Shown: positions 59,622-64,000 of the stretch, piece after piece
Numbering within the stretch: position 1 is the stretch's first letter
Layout: each line of letters opens with the position of its first letter
Assembly: GCA_963759765.1 (NCBI GenBank)
Contig: CAVXAL010000003.1
Coordinates: forward strand, 423,804-487,803
DNA length: 64,000 nt
From: Candidatus Aminicenantes bacterium
Lineage (GTDB): Bacteria > Acidobacteriota > Aminicenantia > UBA2199
Direction: 5' to 3'
Notes under the pieces: model-generated
The model's input: the letters and a program-made list of their open reading frames with translations, nothing else
Database searches by the model: none
Told to the model about the DNA's origin: nothing
Program-made: the position numbers and the translations under genes

Positions 59622-62600
59622 ATGAGGACGAAGATTAAAACAAATTGGATAGGCTGGGTCGCCGTTTTCATGACTCTTCTGGGAACATGGGCCGGGGGAG
59701 CCCAGAACTCCGGCGATGCCCTCGAGCGCGGCTTCAAGAACCCGCCGGATAGCGCCAAACCGCGCGTTTGGTGGCACTGGATGAACGGCAACATCACCAA
59801 GGACGGAATCAAGGCCGATCTGGAATGGATGAAGCGCGCCGGTATCGGCGGCTTCCAGAACTTCGACGCCGCGCTCGATACGCCGAAGGTCGTTGAGAAA
59901 CGTCTGGTCTACATGACGCCGGAGTGGAAGGACGCGTTCAAGTACGCCACGACGCTGGCCGACCAATTGGGTCTGGAAATGGCCATCGCGGGATCGCCCG
60001 GCTGGAGTGAGACGGGAGGCCCTTGGGTGCCGCCCGCCCAGGCGATGAAGAAGCTGGTCTGGAGTGAAACCCGTCTTGAAGGCAGGCGGCCGTTCAAAGG
60101 CGTTCTGCCCAAGCCGCCATCAACGACCGGACCGTTCCAGAACATCGGACGCCGAAGATCCGAGGGTGAGAAATCCGCGCCCCCTCCCCAATATTATGGC
60201 GACAGCGCCGTGATCGCGTATCGCCTGCCGGACAGCGACCTCTCGCTGGCCGAGTTGCAGCCGAAAGTCTCATCCAGCGGCGGTCAATTCGACCTGGCGG
60301 GGCTGACCGACGGAGACCTGGCAAAAACCTTCTTTCTGCCGGCCGCCCCAGTTGATCAGAAGGCCTGGATCCAGTTCGAGTTCGAGAAACCTCAGGCCGT
60401 TCGGGGTCTCAGCATCGTGGCCAGCACCGAAAGGAGAGGCTACGGGAGCAGAGGCGAAAGCAGCCAGGCATTGGAAGCCAGTGACGACGGCCGGCAATTT
60501 CAGAGGATCGAAACGATTCCCGTCGGTGAAACGCCCCAACGAACCATTGCCTTTCCCGCCGTCACGGCCAAATATTTCCGTTTGACGTTCAAGACGCCGC
60601 AGCCCCCCGCACCCGATCGGGGTGAACCGGGCAGCGGCGCGCCCGGGGCCCCGGCTGGGACGCAAATCGCCGAGATCGTTCTGCACACCGGAGCGCGGGT
60701 GAACCGGTTCGAAGAGAAGGCGGCTTTTTCGGCGGCGACCAACCTGGACAGCCTCGCGACGCCTCCCTTTCCGATCCGGGACGCCGTGCGCAAAGCCGAC
60801 GTCGTCGACGTGACGGCGAAAATGCGCCCGGACGGCAGGCTGGACTGGACGCCGCCGGCCGGCCGCTGGATCGTGCTGCGGCTGGGCTACTCGCTCACCG
60901 GCGCCCGCAACGCCCCGGCTTCGCCCGAAGCCACCGGTCTGGAGGTGGATAAGCTCAATCGCGGCCATGTCGAGGCCTATCTCAACAATTATCTGGGCCG
61001 GTACAAAAACATGCTGGGCGCTCTGATGGGCAAGCGCGGCCTGCAATACGTGATCACGGACAGCTGGGAAGCCGGCGTTCAGAATTGGACCGAAGATATG
61101 ATCGTGGAATTCACCAGGCGCCGCGGCTATGATCCGCGTCCCTGGCTGCCGGTTCTCACCGGCCACGTGGTGGAGAGCGCGGAATCGAGCGACCGCTTTC
61201 TCTGGGACTTTCGCAAGACCATCGGCGACCTGACGACGGAATATCACTACGACCAGATCAGCGCCTCCTTGCACAAGCTGGGGATGGGCCGCTACAGCGA
61301 ATCTCACGAAGGCGGCCGGGCTTTCATCGGAGACGGGATGGACGTGAAGCGAAACGCCGAGATCCCCATGAGCGCGTTGTGGACGCCGGAAACCCCCAGC
61401 GCCGAGCCGCCCGGGTACGGAGTCGACATCCGTGAGTCGGCTTCCGTGGCTCACCTCTACGGCCAGAATCTCGTGGCCGCGGAATCGCTGACGGCCTACG
61501 GCGGCGAACGGGGCGCATGGAGCTGGTCTCCCGAGACGCTGAAACCGACCGCGGACACGGAGCTGGCGATGGGGCTGAACCGCTTCGTGATCCACACCTC
61601 GGTTCATCAGCCGGTATCGGACAAGGTCCCCGGCCTCTCGCTCGGGCCGTTCGGTCAGTGGTTTACGCGGCACGAAACCTGGGCCGAGCTGGCCAAGCCC
61701 TGGACCACCTATCTGGCCCGAAGCTCCTACATGCTTCAGCAGGGAAAGTTCGTCGCCGACGTGCTTTACTTCTACGGCGAGGACTCCAATATCACGGCCC
61801 TCTTTGGAGCGAAGCCCCCGGACATCCCCGCCGGCTACGATTTCGACTTCGTTAACGCCGATGCGATCCTGCACCGCCTGTCCACGGAAGGCGGACGGAT
61901 CACGACGCCCAGCGGCATGAGCTACGCCGTGCTGGCCCTCGATGCCAACAGCCTGCATATGACGCTACCCATCCTGCGCAAGGTTCGCGAACTGGTCAAT
62001 GCGGGCGCCGTTGTCGTAGGTCCCAAACCCACCGACGCGCCGAGCTTGAGCGACAATCAAGCGGAGTTCCATTCCATCGCCGATCAGCTCTGGGGTTCGG
62101 GTGAGGGCGAACGCGCTTACGGCCAGGGCAAGGTTTATGCAGGGCAGACGATCGAACAGGCGTTGGCCGCCCTGCGGGTGGAACCTGACTTCGAATACAC
62201 CAAGCCGCGGGCGGACACGAAGCTCCTGTTCGTGCACCGCAAGCTGGTCGACGGCGACGTCTTCTGGGTCAACAACCGCAACAAACGCGCGGAGACGCTG
62301 GAAGCGAGCTTCCGGGTCCAGGGGAAGAATGTGGAGCTTTGGCACGCTGACACCGGCGAAGTGGAGCCGGCCCCTTACCTGATCGCGAACGGACGCACGA
62401 CCGTACCGCTGCGCCTCGATCCTTATGACGCGGTGTTCGTTGTGTTCCTCAAGCCAGCCACGATGCAGGCGAGGGCGCAGCCGCGGGGGATCGAAACGCC
62501 GCTCGGCACGGTCGAGGGTCCCTGGACGGTCCGTTTCCAGGCCGAGCGCGGGGCGCCCGCCGAGGTCACGCTCGACGCGCTGATCTCGTGGAGCGAGAGC

Positions 62601-62990
62601 GCCGACGCTGGCGTCAGGTATTTCTCCGGCACGGGAACCTACACCAAGACCTTCCAGGCGCCGGCCAACTGGATGAAGTCCGGCGCAAAGCTGTGGCTTG
62701 ATCTCGGCGACGTGAAAAACCTGGCCGAGGTGTCCGTCAACGGTCGGCCGCTGGGCATCGTCTGGAAAGCGCCTTTCCGGGTCGAGGTGACCGGAGCGAT
62801 GAAACCAGGCCCGAACGAGCTGCAGATCAAAGTGACGAACCTGTGGGTAAACCGGCTGATCGGCGACCAGCAGCCCGACGCGGCCAAGAAGTTCACATAC
62901 ACAACCCAGCCGTTCTATCGGGCTGACTCGCCGCTTTTGCCATCAGGGCTTCTGGGACCCGTGCGGATCTTGAGGTCCGAGACGGAGTAG
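59622..62990 (+). CDS. Large secreted glycoside hydrolase (GH106-like / 'GH2 sugar-binding domain'-type family; family assignment tentative)
   Basis: This is ORF 59556..62990 from ATG 59622, after GGAG at 59610-59613. The signal peptide is 'WIGWVAVFMTLLGTWAGGA'. The N-terminal signature 'KPRVWWHWMNGNITKDGIKADLEWMKRAGIGGFQNFDA' is followed by a galactose-binding-like region. The C-terminus is shared with the fragment at 1..810. Confidence 0.7.
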   Translation: MRTKIKTNWIGWVAVFMTLLGTWAGGAQNSGDALERGFKNPPDSAKPRVWWHWMNGNITKDGIKADLEWMKRAGIGGFQNFDAALDTPKVVEKRLVYMTPEWKDAFKYATTLADQLGLEMAIAGSPGWSETGGPWVPPAQAMKKLVWSETRLEGRRPFKGVLPKPPSTTGPFQNIGRRRSEGEKSAPPPQYYGDSAVIAYRLPDSDLSLAELQPKVSSSGGQFDLAGLTDGDLAKTFFLPAAPVDQKAWIQFEFEKPQAVRGLSIVASTERRGYGSRGESSQALEASDDGRQFQRIETIPVGETPQRTIAFPAVTAKYFRLTFKTPQPPAPDRGEPGSGAPGAPAGTQIAEIVLHTGARVNRFEEKAAFSAATNLDSLATPPFPIRDAVRKADVVDVTAKMRPDGRLDWTPPAGRWIVLRLGYSLTGARNAPASPEATGLEVDKLNRGHVEAYLNNYLGRYKNMLGALMGKRGLQYVITDSWEAGVQNWTEDMIVEFTRRRGYDPRPWLPVLTGHVVESAESSDRFLWDFRKTIGDLTTEYHYDQISASLHKLGMGRYSESHEGGRAFIGDGMDVKRNAEIPMSALWTPETPSAEPPGYGVDIRESASVAHLYGQNLVAAESLTAYGGERGAWSWSPETLKPTADTELAMGLNRFVIHTSVHQPVSDKVPGLSLGPFGQWFTRHETWAELAKPWTTYLARSSYMLQQGKFVADVLYFYGEDSNITALFGAKPPDIPAGYDFDFVNADAILHRLSTEGGRITTPSGMSYAVLALDANSLHMTLPILRKVRELVNAGAVVVGPKPTDAPSLSDNQAEFHSIADQLWGSGEGERAYGQGKVYAGQTIEQALAALRVEPDFEYTKPRADTKLLFVHRKLVDGDVFWVNNRNKRAETLEASFRVQGKNVELWHADTGEVEPAPYLIANGRTTVPLRLDPYDAVFVVFLKPATMQARAQPRGIETPLGTVEGPWTVRFQAERGAPAEVTLDALISWSESADAGVRYFSGTGTYTKTFQAPANWMKSGAKLWLDLGDVKNLAEVSVNGRPLGIVWKAPFRVEVTGAMKPGPNELQIKVTNLWVNRLIGDQQPDAAKKFTYTTQPFYRADSPLLPSGLLGPVRILRSETE

Positions 62991-63165
62991 AAAAATGCAC
63001 CATCACGGGCTGCGTCAGACTCTTTCTAAAATAGACGCAAGTTTGCATTTCAAAAGTTGTGAAATTCGTAATACAAATTTTTGTTTGTCTTTGAGAGTTG
63101 AGCTCTGACCGACGTTGGTTTTTTTGCTAATAAGGTGGATGTGTCGTCAGCCGTTCCCACCCACA

Positions 63166-64000
63166 TTAAAAGATCAGCCGCAGTTGCACCGGCAGCCAGA
63201 CCTTGACCTTGGCGGTGCCCTTCTGGGCCGGGTTGTATTTCCACTTGAGCAGAGTCTCGGAAACCAGCGAACGGATGTCGTCCGGCGTTGCTGTGCCCAG
63301 CAAGTTCGCCTTGCTGACGGTGCCTTTCTCGTCGATCAGCAGCAGGGTGTTCACCGTCATGGCCATGCCTCCGTACTTGCCGCGCAAGTCAACCGGGATG
63401 ACCGGCGGATTGCCCGACACCTTGACCGGCCGCTGCGTCACATCGCCCAGAGCCACCAGATCGCCCTCTTTGAGTTTGGTCTGTTCCAGTTCTCCCTGCA
63501 CCAATCCTTTGAGGTTGGCAAGCTCTGGCGTGGTCTTCACGATCTCGGCCAGTTTGATGCTGCGCAGGGCGTTCTCAAACTGACCGGATTGATACTGGCT
63601 TTTCGCCTGATCAACAAGCTGCTGGTAACTGGTATCCTTTTTTTTCTCCTCCTCCACGGCATTCTTTTGCTTTTCTTGATCCTCTTTGTACTTATCCCAA
63701 TCCTTTTTCACCACAGCCTCAAAATCCGCAAGCTCCTTTGTGTTCTTTTCAATTCTGGCCAGTTCAATGCTGTGCCAGGCGTTCTCATACTGACCGGATT
63801 GATATTGGCTTTTCGCTTGATCGAAATGTTGCTGGTAATTGATATCCTTTCTCTTCTCCGCCTCCAGGGCATTCTTCTGCTTCTCTTGATCCTCCTTGTA
63901 CTTATCCCAATCTCTTTTCGCCAGAGTCTCAAATTCCGTGAGCTCCGTTGTGCTCTTCTCAATCCTGGCCAGATCAACACTGTGCAAGGCGTTCTCATAC
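63166..64000 (-). CDS. TonB C-terminal-domain protein with 70-aa tandem repeats (5' end outside the window)
   Basis: ORF 63166..63987 stays open to base 64000. The C-terminus reads 'PVKVSGNPPVIPVDLRGKYGGMAMTVNTLLLIDEKGTVSKANLL...KWKYNPAQKGTAKVKVWLPV', which is TonB_C-like. It is preceded by charged repeats. Confidence 0.65.
   Translation of the reverse strand, partial: YENALHSVDLARIEKSTTELTEFETLAKRDWDKYKEDQEKQKNALEAEKRKDINYQQHFDQAKSQYQSGQYENAWHSIELARIEKNTKELADFEAVVKKDWDKYKEDQEKQKNAVEEEKKKDTSYQQLVDQAKSQYQSGQFENALRSIKLAEIVKTTPELANLKGLVQGELEQTKLKEGDLVALGDVTQRPVKVSGNPPVIPVDLRGKYGGMAMTVNTLLLIDEKGTVSKANLLGTATPDDIRSLVSETLLKWKYNPAQKGTAKVKVWLPVQLRLIF
63545..64000. repeat. 210 bp tandem coding repeats (at least 2.2 units, continuing beyond the window)
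   Basis: 'gcgttctca(a/t)actgaccggattgata' recurs at 63569, 63779 and 63989. The encoded units read 'YENA.HS(I/V)(E/D)LARIEK.T.EL..FE......DWDKYKEDQEKQKNA.E.EK.KD..YQQ..DQAKSQYQSGQ'. Confidence 0.9.

Noticed and set aside
63545-64000. A regular 210 bp repeat that could be mistaken for a CRISPR-like or satellite array.
   Set aside because: The repeats are contiguous, with no unique spacers. They lie in one open reading frame and encode a conserved 70-aa unit of the TonB-C protein.

Overview
This is a 64 kb stretch of bacterial chromosome, roughly 60% GC but visibly heterogeneous. It probably comes from a Gram-negative, anaerobic or facultative lineage: it carries a TonB-dependent receptor, a TonB-C protein, a BamB-like lipoprotein, Nfn, an [FeFe]-hydrogenase-like sensor and HypEF. 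All calls rest on reading the supplied translations for motifs and domain order; no database search was possible.

Gene content by region:
- 0.8-10.8 kb (minus strand): a nine-gene, translationally coupled redox operon. In transcription order it is a Cys-rich protein, a DRTGG protein, a DRTGG-GHKL ATPase, a HydS-like [FeFe]-hydrogenase-like Fe-S protein, a NuoE/HydC-like subunit, a NuoF/HydB-like subunit, a NuoG-like subunit, NfnA and NfnB.
- 10.9-12.9 kb: an imperfect ~330 bp direct repeat flanks a Tat-signal PLP aminotransferase.
- 12.8-21.4 kb: two very large PAS-rich hybrid histidine kinases flank an orphan LarA homolog.
- 21.7-27.4 kb: nrdR-hsp20-lon-thiL-pepA.
- 27.5-33.7 kb: plsC, a BFN nuclease, mazG, a DUF1844 protein, a TPR membrane protein, a DUF4388/MshEN protein and ribF.
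- 33.7-41.1 kb: tig-clpP-clpX-lon-engB-rho.
- 41.3-45.9 kb: a YprB-like exonuclease, then hypF and hypE.
- 45.9-53 kb: a secreted protein, PilZ, galM, a Tat-signal M24 peptidase and a TonB-dependent receptor.
- 53-59.5 kb: a lower-GC segment with a Ser/Thr kinase-TPR protein, a PQQ-propeller/ankyrin lipoprotein and an HNH-domain protein.
- 59.6-64 kb: a large glycoside hydrolase (a paralog of the fragment at the left window edge) and a partial TonB-C protein built from 210 bp tandem coding repeats.

I found no rRNA, tRNA, CRISPR array, transposase or integrase.

A major caveat is that many conserved genes are broken by frameshifts, densest at 31.8-44 kb. Most are probably consensus indel errors rather than real pseudogenes. 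For those genes I give the reconstructed span and name the ORF-track fragments.
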